Positions 19,078 through 28,406 of a DNA stretch of 64,000 nucleotides are shown here, piece after piece (the stretch's first letter is position 1; each line of letters begins with the position of its first letter). The notes under the pieces are model-generated. The model did not search any database. It was not told the DNA's origin and worked only from the letters and a program-made list of their open reading frames with translations. Position numbers and translations under genes: made by a program. Source of the DNA: an uncultured Candidatus Saccharibacteria bacterium (lineage in GTDB: Bacteria; Patescibacteriota; Dojkabacteria; J137); the NCBI GenBank assembly GCA_965230975.1, contig OZ246402.1:1056859-1120858 (forward strand), given 5' to 3'.

Positions 19078-19803
19078 ATGAACACAGGATCCCCCTTTAA
19101 ATACCCTATCTCACAAAAAATATTTTATGGTGATGATGAGTTTCATATAAAAGTATTCAACATTATAGAATCTCCTGAAAAGTATCTAATTAGAAGAGTC
19201 CGAATTCCCCCCAATTCAGAAGAATTGCTATTAAGAAAACTATTGGTTGCACAAAAAGCATTTCTTGAGCTTGGCGAATTTGGATTACTTTTACCTAAAT
19301 TCCAAATTATAAAAGCTTGGCTTCCAAAAGATAGAGAGCCTAGTTTTATGATTTTAACCGAGATAATTAAAGGGTATTCACTCCCTATGTTAGAAGTTAT
19401 CGAGAAAAATCAACAAGAGGTGCATAACACCATTACTAATTGGCTTATAAACTTAATCACTTATACCCAATTCAAATACACCCAAAATGGAGACTATCCA
19501 TCTGATCTCTTACCACATCAATTTGTTTTTGGGGAAAATAATGAAGGGCAAAAGGGCGTGTATTGGGTAGATTTAGATCCTATAACAGAATTACTTAACC
19601 ATGATATTTACGGCTCTATTGAAATTTTTTTAGAAAGATATTTAGGATTTATAGTAATTCGTATACTTGATTTTGAACAAAGGACGAGTCTGACATTAAC
19701 CCAGGCTAGAGAACATTTAGAAACATTTTTTCAAGTACTAGAAACAAATAGTGAGTATAAAGAGTTAGTTCAATTACATAAAGGATATTTGTCTAAAGGT
19801 TAA
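19078..19803 (+). CDS. protein-kinase-like-fold protein, paralogue 1
   Basis: Start placed at ATG (MNTGSPFKYPI), which matches the paralogue start MNSQSPFRYPI. VYWVDLDP is a DFG-like Mg-binding segment. Confidence 0.4.
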   Translation: MNTGSPFKYPISQKIFYGDDEFHIKVFNIIESPEKYLIRRVRIPPNSEELLLRKLLVAQKAFLELGEFGLLLPKFQIIKAWLPKDREPSFMILTEIIKGYSLPMLEVIEKNQQEVHNTITNWLINLITYTQFKYTQNGDYPSDLLPHQFVFGENNEGQKGVYWVDLDPITELLNHDIYGSIEIFLERYLGFIVIRILDFEQRTSLTLTQAREHLETFFQVLETNSEYKELVQLHKGYLSKG

Positions 19804-19879
19804 TACTTACAACTTACGCTAATAAAATGCATCTAAATAACTATATATGATAATATCCATCTATCTTTAGATTTAACTA

Positions 19880-20611
19880 ATGAATTCACAATCGCCCTTT
19901 AGGTATCCAATAGAGGATCAACCTTTTAAAATTTCCCCAAAAGCTAAAAAGTTCTTTAATGTATTGAAAAGCCCTAACGCGAAATTGCTTAGGTTAGTTT
20001 ACGATGCTCCAGATTACGATACAGAATCTGATATACAATCTATATTAGAAATTTATCAAGAAATGCTTGTATTTATTAATATACCGAAAATTTTTATAAT
20101 AAAAACTAAATTAGAACAAGATGATGCGCCACATGGGAGTTATGTTTTTATTACAGAGATTATTAATGGAGAGTGTATTGAAAATATTGATTTTCAAATA
20201 ATAAATAAAAATGAATTTATACAGGCAATGTCAAAATTTCTTATTGAATTAATCGACTATATAAACTACAAACACATAGTAGGTGGAGCCTTCTTAATAG
20301 ATGTAAAACCTGATGCATTAATGTATGGTGCAAATGAAGCGGGAGTTAAGGGGATTTATTTTATAGACTGGACACCTCTTATGGATTACATTGATAATGA
20401 TGATAAAGATGCAGTCGAAGGGTTTATTGATTACTATTTAAACTTTATAAAAAACCGAATAGATTATTACGAAAGAAAATTTAAGTGCTCTTTTAACGAT
20501 GTAAGAATACATCTATTGCCATTTATAAAAGTACTAGAAGAGGAGGGGTATCGTAAAAGATTTTTAGATAATATACGAGATGGATTTAAACTAAGCAAAC
20601 TTGAAAACTAG
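19880..20611 (+). CDS. protein-kinase-like-fold protein, paralogue 2
   Basis: FLIDVKPDALMYG is an HRDxKPxN-like catalytic loop. GIYFIDWTPL is a DFG-like segment. Shared N-terminus with the upstream paralogue. Confidence 0.4.
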   Translation: MNSQSPFRYPIEDQPFKISPKAKKFFNVLKSPNAKLLRLVYDAPDYDTESDIQSILEIYQEMLVFINIPKIFIIKTKLEQDDAPHGSYVFITEIINGECIENIDFQIINKNEFIQAMSKFLIELIDYINYKHIVGGAFLIDVKPDALMYGANEAGVKGIYFIDWTPLMDYIDNDDKDAVEGFIDYYLNFIKNRIDYYERKFKCSFNDVRIHLLPFIKVLEEEGYRKRFLDNIRDGFKLSKLEN

Positions 20612-21358
20612 CTACGACTCGTAATAGCTACTATTTTCCACCAAACCTATAATTTCGTAAAACGTTTCTTTATTAATATAAACTTCCGATTTATTAGATT
20701 GAAGAACCTTATAAAGACTTGACCTATAAAATCCATGTATTTCGCTTAAAACAAATTCAACACATTTTATAAATTGATCTAACAGACCACACCAATCCTC
20801 TTCAGATGAACATCTATAAGAAACCGATCTATTATTCTCAAAAAGCATAGCTCTATCAAAGTCAATTAACGATAAAAACAAAGATTGCCCATAAAAAATA
20901 GCTGTTATATTTCTTGCTAGAATATCTCCATGAGTAACAAAAAACTCTTTGGAATTAATTAATTGGGGATTATCTGATGGAGAAATTTTAATTGAATGAA
21001 AATATTCTAAGCTTCTTCCAAGATCCCTAAAAGCATTACATATATTTTGAATATTAAATCTTGGATCTGGATTCAACTCAAAACTTCGTATAAAATGGTC
21101 TATCCTCGTTCCCTTATAAGGCAAAAGAACAAATTTTAAGCCATTCCAATCAATAAAAGTTTTAATATGTGGCAAATGAGAATCATCAATTCGTTTCAAA
21201 ATTTCAAACTCATTGTTTTGATTCGAAATTCGCTTAATATAATACAGAATACCACTTGATTCATCGACCACTGGTGTTCCAAAAGCATAATAGTTATCTA
21301 GAATTTTTTTAACTTCTTCGATAAGAAAATCTTGCAACCCAGTATATTTATTTTGCAA
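20612..21358 (-). CDS. protein-kinase-like-fold protein (APH/atypical kinase)
   Basis: FVTHGDILARNI is an HGD catalytic loop. LIDFDRA is a DFD/DFG Mg-binding loop. Start is probably TTG. The stop abuts the stop of the convergent gene at 20611. Confidence 0.45.
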   Translation of the reverse strand: MQNKYTGLQDFLIEEVKKILDNYYAFGTPVVDESSGILYYIKRISNQNNEFEILKRIDDSHLPHIKTFIDWNGLKFVLLPYKGTRIDHFIRSFELNPDPRFNIQNICNAFRDLGRSLEYFHSIKISPSDNPQLINSKEFFVTHGDILARNITAIFYGQSLFLSLIDFDRAMLFENNRSVSYRCSSEEDWCGLLDQFIKCVEFVLSEIHGFYRSSLYKVLQSNKSEVYINKETFYEIIGLVENSSYYES

Positions 21359-21530
21359 TTTAAATATTTTTAAGATCTTGGATTATATATAAAGTAGTAA
21401 GTTCTTACAACTTGCCTTTATTTCTTTCTCGTACGATAATTAGTAGTCAATTTTCAATAGGGTTTTGATTATTTAAAAGATTATGTACGTCTTATTAAAT
21501 AGCCCTAATTAGTTAATTACAGTTAAAAAT

Positions 21531-23060
21531 ATGTTCAACTTTACACCAATTGCAGATGAAGCTAAGCATACAGCAGCCCATGTTTTAGCAGCCGCAGTAC
21601 TTAAAACTTTCCCTAAAGCAAAAATAGGAGTAGGCCCAGTTACTAAACAGGGCTTTTATTACGACTTTGAAATTGCAAGAAAAATCTCAGAAAAAGATAT
21701 AGAAAAAATCGAAAAAGAAGCTAATAAAATAAGAAAACAAGGCCATAACATGCAACAAATCTTTATGGATAAAGATGAAGCATTAAATATGGTATTACAA
21801 AGAGGCCAAATATACAAAGCCGAATTGCTAAAAGGCATTCCAGATCAAGATATAAGTTTTTACAAGCTAGATGACTTTATTGATTTATGCAGAGGCCCTC
21901 ATATAAAGAACACAAAAGAATTAGGACCAATCAAAATAGTAAAAGTAGAAGAATCCCATTGGCAAGATGATGAATCCAGGCCAATTTTACAAAGAATATA
22001 CGGGCTAACATTTGCATCAGAACCTGAACTCGAAGAATACTATCTTTTAAAAAAAGAAGAAAAGGAGAGAGATTACACGTCAGTTATAGAAAGAGATAAC
22101 TTGGGTAGAGTGGTTGGCAATAGCATGCTACTTAACGAAAGTGGTAGTCAACTTTTAGGCAAGATCGAAAAACTTATAAACTCCTATTTTTGGAATAACA
22201 GATTTACAGACATATATGTAAATAATGTAGATAATTTAGAAGAGCTTTTTGAGCACCTAGACACAGCATTTCAATACAAGATTAGAAGCCCAAGAGAATT
22301 CCCAATAACACTTAAATCTCAAGCATTTGTAGAGGACGATTTTTTAAACGAATCCACTCAACTTCATAGAGTTATTGCCGTTAAACAATATTTTACAACA
22401 CTCGATCTTTTTGAAAGAATGCCCTTAATAAACAGAATCGTGGACTTTTTTAAGGCATTAGATTTCGATTTAAGAGCAGAAATATTTTGCTCATCTGACA
22501 AAGACCCTTTTATAGAAGCACTTTCCAACATTTTGCAAAAAGATGGTGTTTCTCATACAAAAGTAGTTTCTCAATATAACCCAGATATTCGAATTAGATT
22601 TGTAGGTCACGATATACTAAATAGAAGCTGGAACATTTCAGAACTAATTATTAAACAAAATCAAAAATTTAAAAATTATAGAGACAATCTGAATGTAATA
22701 CACATGAATATTAACCCTTTTAGGGTACTTGCATATATTCTAGAAAATACAAAAGGTAAACTACCTAGAATACTATCTCCAAACGAGATTGTAATAATCC
22801 CTATTGGGAAGAAACACGCTGAATATGCACAAGCTGTAGCACAATTTGTAAATAACCTAGGGTATATCTCTTCTACAGATTTAACCTCAAAAAGCATTAA
22901 TAAGAAGGTTTTCTTGGCTAACAAAAAGAATTCTACATTACAAATAATTGTAGGGGATAAAGAGCAAACAACTAATAGTGTTTCTTTAAGACATTTAGAT
23001 AAAGATTTAGGCTTAATTAAACTAGAAGATCTAAGTATTAATTTAAGTAAAATTCTTTAA
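21531..23060 (+). CDS. threonyl-tRNA synthetase-like protein with a ThrRS N2/editing-like domain, a degenerate core and an anticodon-binding-like C-terminus
   Basis: N-terminus HTAAHVLAAAVLKTFPKAKIGVGPVTKQGFYYDFEI matches the ThrRS N2 region (HS.AH.L..A......K...GP....GFYYD). RIYGLTF matches RIYGTAW. C-terminus LPRILSPNEIVIIPIGKKHAEYAQAVAQFV...IIVGDKE resembles the anticodon-binding domain. Class II motifs 2 and 3 (HRNE, GFTQDD) are not found. It sits in the canonical thrS position upstream of infC-rpmI-rplT. Confidence 0.5.
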   Translation: MFNFTPIADEAKHTAAHVLAAAVLKTFPKAKIGVGPVTKQGFYYDFEIARKISEKDIEKIEKEANKIRKQGHNMQQIFMDKDEALNMVLQRGQIYKAELLKGIPDQDISFYKLDDFIDLCRGPHIKNTKELGPIKIVKVEESHWQDDESRPILQRIYGLTFASEPELEEYYLLKKEEKERDYTSVIERDNLGRVVGNSMLLNESGSQLLGKIEKLINSYFWNNRFTDIYVNNVDNLEELFEHLDTAFQYKIRSPREFPITLKSQAFVEDDFLNESTQLHRVIAVKQYFTTLDLFERMPLINRIVDFFKALDFDLRAEIFCSSDKDPFIEALSNILQKDGVSHTKVVSQYNPDIRIRFVGHDILNRSWNISELIIKQNQKFKNYRDNLNVIHMNINPFRVLAYILENTKGKLPRILSPNEIVIIPIGKKHAEYAQAVAQFVNNLGYISSTDLTSKSINKKVFLANKKNSTLQIIVGDKEQTTNSVSLRHLDKDLGLIKLEDLSINLSKIL

Positions 23061-23151
23061 TTAAAAACCATTACAAAGCATTATAATATTGCCTTATAGC
23101 AATACTTTTGCTATCATTGAAGGGTCTAAATTTTAACCAGAATACTAACTT

Positions 23152-23685
23152 ATCAAAATAGTTCGAAAAAGAGCAAAAGCTGCTCCACAAATACAAAATT
23201 ACGATGTTAACGAAAGAATACGTCTAAATAGTTTTGTAGTAATAGACGAAAATGGCGATAACCTAGGTCAATTAAATAAATTTGAAGCAATTCAAATTGC
23301 CAAAGAAAAAGAATTAGATTTAGTTTTGGTATCACCAAATCCAGAACATCCAGTTGCAAAAATAGTAGATTGGTCTAAATTTAAATACGAAAAAAGTAAA
23401 AAGGCTAGAAAAAATCAAAGCAAAAAAGTTGATAATAAAGAGTGGAAGTTTAGCCCTAAAATACAAGACAACGAAATTGAGTTTAAAATAAACCAAATTA
23501 AAAAGTTCTTAGAAAAAGAAGATGGAGTAGCAAAAATAACTGTCCATTGGGAAAGAAAAACTACCCCAGACATGCTTACTTCAACTTTTCAAAAAGTAAA
23601 GGCTAGGTTTGAAGAATTTGCAAAACCTGTAAGTGAAATGGCAAGAGAGGGCAAAAACTTAAGTATAATAATTAGAAAACTTTAA
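23152..23685 (+). CDS. infC: translation initiation factor IF-3 (non-ATG start, probably ATC/ATA)
   Basis: The reading frame extends upstream of the 23326 ORF-track start to a stop at 23146-23148. The N-domain is present (VIDENGDNLGQLNKFEAIQIAKEKELDLVLVSPNPEHPVAKIVDWSKFKYE). The C-domain is present (EIEFKINQIKKFLEKEDGVAKITVHWERK). No in-frame ATG lies at the N-terminus, consistent with the atypical infC start codons known in other bacteria. Confidence 0.75.
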   Translation: MKIVRKRAKAAPQIQNYDVNERIRLNSFVVIDENGDNLGQLNKFEAIQIAKEKELDLVLVSPNPEHPVAKIVDWSKFKYEKSKKARKNQSKKVDNKEWKFSPKIQDNEIEFKINQIKKFLEKEDGVAKITVHWERKTTPDMLTSTFQKVKARFEEFAKPVSEMAREGKNLSIIIRKL

Positions 23686-23728
23686 ATTAGTATCGTAATA
23701 ACTTTGTATTACGAAAACGTAAAAAAAT

Positions 23729-23938
23729 ATGAAGACATACAAATTAAAAACTCACAAAGGCACTGCAAAAAGGCTTAGAGTAACAGCTACGGGCAAAATA
23801 ATGAGAAAGAAAATGCAATTAAAAAACAATGCTCACCTTAAGAGCAAAAGAAAAGCATCTAGAAAATTAAATCCTGAATCTTTTGTTATTACATCTAAAG
23901 GTAATATTAAAAGAGTAAAAAGATTATTAAATATTTAA
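23729..23938 (+). CDS. rpmI: 50S ribosomal protein L35
   Basis: MKTYKLKTHKGTAKRLRVTATGKIMRKK matches the L35 pattern (K.KT..G.aKRf..T..GK). Basic, 69 aa. Position is between infC and rplT. Confidence 0.8.
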   Translation: MKTYKLKTHKGTAKRLRVTATGKIMRKKMQLKNNAHLKSKRKASRKLNPESFVITSKGNIKRVKRLLNI

Positions 23939-23959
23939 TTGAATTTAAGGTAAAGAACC

Positions 23960-24301
23960 ATGAGAATTAAAAGAGGAACTACAAAAAATCAAAAACACAA
24001 AAAGATTTTAAAGCTTGCTAAAGGTTATAGAATGTCTTATAGCAAACTATACAGAAGAGCTAAAGAAGCAGTTAGACATGCTGGGCAATATAGTTACGCT
24101 CATAGACAACACAGAGGCGCTCAAATAAGAGAACAATGGATTGAAGTAATTTCTGCTGCATTAACTAAACACAATTTAAGTTACAGCAAATTTATAGGTG
24201 GCTTAAAAAAGCACAAAGTAGAGTTAGACAGAAAGGTATTAGCAGAGTTAGCGGTTTACCACCCAGCTCATTTTGATAGCGTTGTAGAAGCTACAAAATA
24301 A
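23960..24301 (+). CDS. rplT: 50S ribosomal protein L20
   Basis: MRIKRGTTKNQKHKKILKLAKGY...AGQYSYAHRQHRGAQIREQWIEVISAA...LSYSKFIGGLKK is highly L20-like. Confidence 0.85.
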   Translation: MRIKRGTTKNQKHKKILKLAKGYRMSYSKLYRRAKEAVRHAGQYSYAHRQHRGAQIREQWIEVISAALTKHNLSYSKFIGGLKKHKVELDRKVLAELAVYHPAHFDSVVEATK

Positions 24302-24327
24302 TAATCATAAACTTAAAACAATAGTAA

Positions 24328-24356
24328 AACCTCTCAATTAGTTGAGAGGTTTTTTT
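24328..24356 (+). terminator. rho-independent terminator after rplT
   Basis: aacctctcaa-ttag-ttgagaggtt (10-bp perfect stem) followed by ttttt. Confidence 0.8.
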
Positions 24357-24387
24357 ATGCTAAAATCCTTTAAATTATTATCTAAAA

Positions 24388-25044
24388 ATGAAACACTGGG
24401 AATTTGAGGTTGATAAAGATTTAAATATTGACTTAGTTAACTTATCCGGCTTTGAATTTTTATATTATCTACTAAGACTAGAGTTAATAAATGCTGGCAG
24501 TACCGCTTTAATATTTTATGATAAAAATACAAATAATATTGTGCGATTTCATATTGACGATTCCATTAACTATAGATTAACTATCCTCTTCCTACAGATA
24601 TTAAAATATAAATATAAAAGTATTAAGAAAATACAAATCATACTAGACGATTTTACTAAAAGTCTGAGACATCAATTAGATGAGCCCATTACAGAATGCT
24701 CGAATTTAAGAATAAGGATAGAATACAATAACACTCACTTCGAAACCAATCCCGAACAATTTCTTCCAATAAATACTGCATTTACAGTAAATGGCAAAAT
24801 AGTAGCTTATACTATGAGGTTTGTTGATGGACAAACTTATTGGGAGTTACAGGAACTTTCAAGATCCCAATTACTTGATCCTAGTATTAAATTAAAAATA
24901 GACAATTATAATTTATATCAAGAAATCTTTGACCTTATAGGAGATGATCCCAATGTAAATACAATAAATGGAGCTACTATTAAAAACCTTGTAGGAAATA
25001 GGGGAAAAGACATTTATATAGACCTTTCCCCCGAAGAGTGCTAA
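24388..25044 (+). CDS. hypothetical protein
   Basis: 218-aa ORF; no motifs. Confidence 0.35.
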   Translation: MKHWEFEVDKDLNIDLVNLSGFEFLYYLLRLELINAGSTALIFYDKNTNNIVRFHIDDSINYRLTILFLQILKYKYKSIKKIQIILDDFTKSLRHQLDEPITECSNLRIRIEYNNTHFETNPEQFLPINTAFTVNGKIVAYTMRFVDGQTYWELQELSRSQLLDPSIKLKIDNYNLYQEIFDLIGDDPNVNTINGATIKNLVGNRGKDIYIDLSPEEC

Positions 25045-25047
25045 TAA

Positions 25048-28000
25048 TTAAGGATTTTTACTTACATTTACAACGCTACTTTGTCCTGATTCAACTTGAC
25101 CAGTACTGCTAGAAATCCCTGCTGTAACATAAAATTTGTAAGTAGCTGTTTCGTTAGATACTCCTAAACCCCAAATATATCTGTATCTATTACCCCCAAT
25201 ACTACTCATATTTCCTAACAAAGTTGTTGTGGTATTTGAACCAACTGTTTTAATTTGATAAATTTGAACATTTGATAATGACCTGCCCACCACATTGTAT
25301 CGAATTTCAATGTTATGTGTTAAAGGGTTAACGGTCGTACCATAAGTTAAGTTGCTTGGAGGCATAGTTTCAAACGAGATATTTGAAGTTATGCCATCCC
25401 CTACAGTTACAATAATTGCGGCACTTGTGTTTGTTATTCCGTTACTATCTGTTGCTCTTGCTCGAAATTCATACTTACCTTCATCTAAACCTAATCCTGC
25501 AATATTACATGTAATATCAAAGCTATCGTAATTTGTACTAGTACAAGATGGAATGTTTTGATTATCTAGTAAGAATTGTAAACTAGTAATCGATCCATTT
25601 GTAGTATAAACACCACCACCAATATTAATAGAATTAGAAGTTACATTGGCTTTAGATATACTAAAGAATGGTCCTGATACACCGCCAGACCTATCTATTG
25701 TGCAAGGATCTGTAACACCACCATTTGGGAATCTACCTTCAGATGCGTTTGCATTCTCTCTCATGTACTTATCAAGTTCATCTTGAAAATCAGGTACAGG
25801 TGACTTGTAGTACTTAAAGCTAGCTTCTTCTGCTTTACCCATAGCAATATCTATAGGTCTAGCTTTCTTATCTCGTTGATCTGTACAAATCATTACTTTA
25901 TTAACCAAAATGTCTCTAGCTGGGGTTCTATCATTAATTAACCAACCTCTTGCAGTACCCAAACAACCTTCGTCATTACAATCACCTCCACCTTCATAAA
26001 CAAAACCTGGTCTTGTAAATGGAGTTTTAGCAGAGAATAGAGGAGAGTTACCAATATCTCTTAAATATTCTTTTACCCAAGGAGTTATTAAATATGGAGG
26101 GAATCCATATGTTTGATCCATTGGTTCATTATTATTATTTCCACCCCAAGCCAAATTAACAAAATCAGGTGACCAAGTTACCAACCATGCATCTCTACTA
26201 TCCTGTGAGGTACCTGTTTTTGCAGCTAAGTCTCTTTGATCCCAAGATATGCCTTCTAAGTTCTTTAAGGATTGATTTAATAAGTAAACAGCCTGAGGGT
26301 CACCCACAGTTTTTCTTTCTGTAGTTGCTTCGTAAATAACATTTCCATCTTTATCTTCGATTTTTAAAATTGGATTAAGTTTTACTAAATCTCCATTATT
26401 TGCAAATACAGAAAATGCTTGCACATGTTCGTCCCCATAATTATCAGAACCACCTAATATTACAGATGGGCCTTCTTGTCCAGTATATGTTGTATAACCC
26501 CATTCTTTAGCTACATTCACGTAATTATCTACACCTATCATTTGAATAACTTGAATTGCGGGCATATTTCTAGAAGCTCGTAACATGTCGTCTGCGCTAC
26601 CCATACCTAAATAGCTACCATTCCAGTTTTTAATTGAATAAACTCTGCCTGCACCATCTACTAAGTCAAATGGGAAATCTGGCAATACACTTTTTGTAAA
26701 CAATTTACCTTCTTTATAAGCAGTATAGTAACCCAATGGTTTTGCCATTGACCCAATAGACTGAAGTGTTCTAAAGATATTTACTTGCCCATTAAATTTA
26801 CAGTTTATTCCGTTTGCATCACACCCACTACTTGGAGCAGAGTAGGATTTTGAACCTGCCATAGCTATAATTTGCCCTGTTCCAGGTTGGGTAGTCATAA
26901 CTGCAGCATTATTCATGTTTGCATAGCTACCTTGTTCAACAGCTCTTGCAACGTACCCTTCTGCAATTTGTTGTATTTGATAGTCTAAAGTGGTTGTTAT
27001 TTTATAACCACCTTTTTGCAATTCTTCTATGGTAAATGGTTCTTCGCCATTCTTATAATTCTTTTTAGTTAAGTAATCCATTACATAATCAACAAAATGA
27101 CCGGCCTTTGTACTAAACACAGGTGGAACAAATTTTAATTCTTCGTATCTTGCTTGTTCAATTGATTCTGCTGTCAGGGTGTCGTCCATTTCTGGATCTT
27201 CGTAGTTAGATCTTATTTGTGAATTTATTTTATCTTTCTTTTGCTCCATTTGACCTAAAATATATAGTTGTCTACATTTATATTTATATGCTTTTACAAC
27301 TGGGTTACCGTTTTTATCTGTATAGGTATCGCCATCAACTGTAACATCAGATTCTGCAAGTATTGCACCATCACTAACTTTGCAATAAAGCTCTTCTTTG
27401 TTGGAACCTAAAGTAGGAGATAGTCTTATTGGGTCTTGAATTATTGCACCCAAAACTGTTGCCTCTGCTAATGTTAAATCTTTTGGTTCTTTACCAAAAT
27501 AAAAATTTGCAGCTGTTTTAATTCCATAAATATTTGAACCAAAAGGTGCAACTCTTAAATACATTTCTAAAATTTGATCTTTATCATATTGCTGTTCTAC
27601 CTTTACAGCTAATAGTAACTCTTTGATTTTTCTTTCTATTGATACAGAGCTACCAATTCCAGGAGCAGTAATTTTAACTAGCTGTTGAGTAACTGTTGAA
27701 CCTCCACAAACTGTTGCGCCACCACTTCTTAAACCTGCAATACCGCATCTTAAAATTGCTGCTGGGTCAAAACCTTGGTGAGTGTAAAAATCAACATCTT
27801 CTGCGGCTAAGAAAGACCATTTTACAGTTTCTGGTATTTGAGATATGTCTACAGGGTCACTGTTATATTCGTTAAAAACTCTTCTTAAGGTAACTTCTCC
27901 TGTTCTATCGTATATTTCACTGGCAACTGGCCTGTCTGGGAAAACTTGTTCTGGGCTTGGCAATTGGTCGTTTAATTCTTGCAAGTAAGCAAATACTCTT

Positions 28001-28248
28001 AAACCACCTATCAAACCTGCAATTAATAAAACACCTCCTAGTATTAGGGCAACTTTTCTAAATTTTTTCCATTGTATTCTTCTTTTTTTAGAAGTTCCAA
28101 ATGCGACTTTTTTTAGTCTATTTTCTTTTATTGCATCTAGCCTTGATCTTGGCATAGATACAGATGTTTGCAATGTTGTTTTTTTAGGTTTCATACGATT
28201 ATTAGTGCGCCTTGGGGTACTACTAAAAGTTGATAGTTTTTTTGCCAT
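25048..28248 (-). CDS. penicillin-binding protein 1A homologue (bifunctional transglycosylase/transpeptidase) with a long C-terminal Ig-like extension
   Basis: N-terminal basic cytoplasmic tail plus TM helix. GT51 motifs (EDVDFYTHQGFD; GGSTVTQQLVK). Transpeptidase motifs (SIGSMAKP as SxxK; KTGTS as KTG). About 250 C-terminal residues are rich in T/S/G/N with beta-strand-like Ig/Big repeats. Confidence 0.8.
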   Translation of the reverse strand: MAKKLSTFSSTPRRTNNRMKPKKTTLQTSVSMPRSRLDAIKENRLKKVAFGTSKKRRIQWKKFRKVALILGGVLLIAGLIGGLRVFAYLQELNDQLPSPEQVFPDRPVASEIYDRTGEVTLRRVFNEYNSDPVDISQIPETVKWSFLAAEDVDFYTHQGFDPAAILRCGIAGLRSGGATVCGGSTVTQQLVKITAPGIGSSVSIERKIKELLLAVKVEQQYDKDQILEMYLRVAPFGSNIYGIKTAANFYFGKEPKDLTLAEATVLGAIIQDPIRLSPTLGSNKEELYCKVSDGAILAESDVTVDGDTYTDKNGNPVVKAYKYKCRQLYILGQMEQKKDKINSQIRSNYEDPEMDDTLTAESIEQARYEELKFVPPVFSTKAGHFVDYVMDYLTKKNYKNGEEPFTIEELQKGGYKITTTLDYQIQQIAEGYVARAVEQGSYANMNNAAVMTTQPGTGQIIAMAGSKSYSAPSSGCDANGINCKFNGQVNIFRTLQSIGSMAKPLGYYTAYKEGKLFTKSVLPDFPFDLVDGAGRVYSIKNWNGSYLGMGSADDMLRASRNMPAIQVIQMIGVDNYVNVAKEWGYTTYTGQEGPSVILGGSDNYGDEHVQAFSVFANNGDLVKLNPILKIEDKDGNVIYEATTERKTVGDPQAVYLLNQSLKNLEGISWDQRDLAAKTGTSQDSRDAWLVTWSPDFVNLAWGGNNNNEPMDQTYGFPPYLITPWVKEYLRDIGNSPLFSAKTPFTRPGFVYEGGGDCNDEGCLGTARGWLINDRTPARDILVNKVMICTDQRDKKARPIDIAMGKAEEASFKYYKSPVPDFQDELDKYMRENANASEGRFPNGGVTDPCTIDRSGGVSGPFFSISKANVTSNSINIGGGVYTTNGSITSLQFLLDNQNIPSCTSTNYDSFDITCNIAGLGLDEGKYEFRARATDSNGITNTSAAIIVTVGDGITSNISFETMPPSNLTYGTTVNPLTHNIEIRYNVVGRSLSNVQIYQIKTVGSNTTTTLLGNMSSIGGNRYRYIWGLGVSNETATYKFYVTAGISSSTGQVESGQSSVVNVSKNP

Positions 28249-28406
28249 TGATTTAACTTTTAAGGTATAGAATTACTTACAAATTATTGTCTTAGATAGT
28301 ATAGCAGATGGTTAAAACAAGATAAAAGATAAAAAGATAGAGTAATAATCTAAACTAGGTAATAAATAGCTTTAAAGCTTTGTAGTTATATTAGTCTTTA
28401 TATTTC

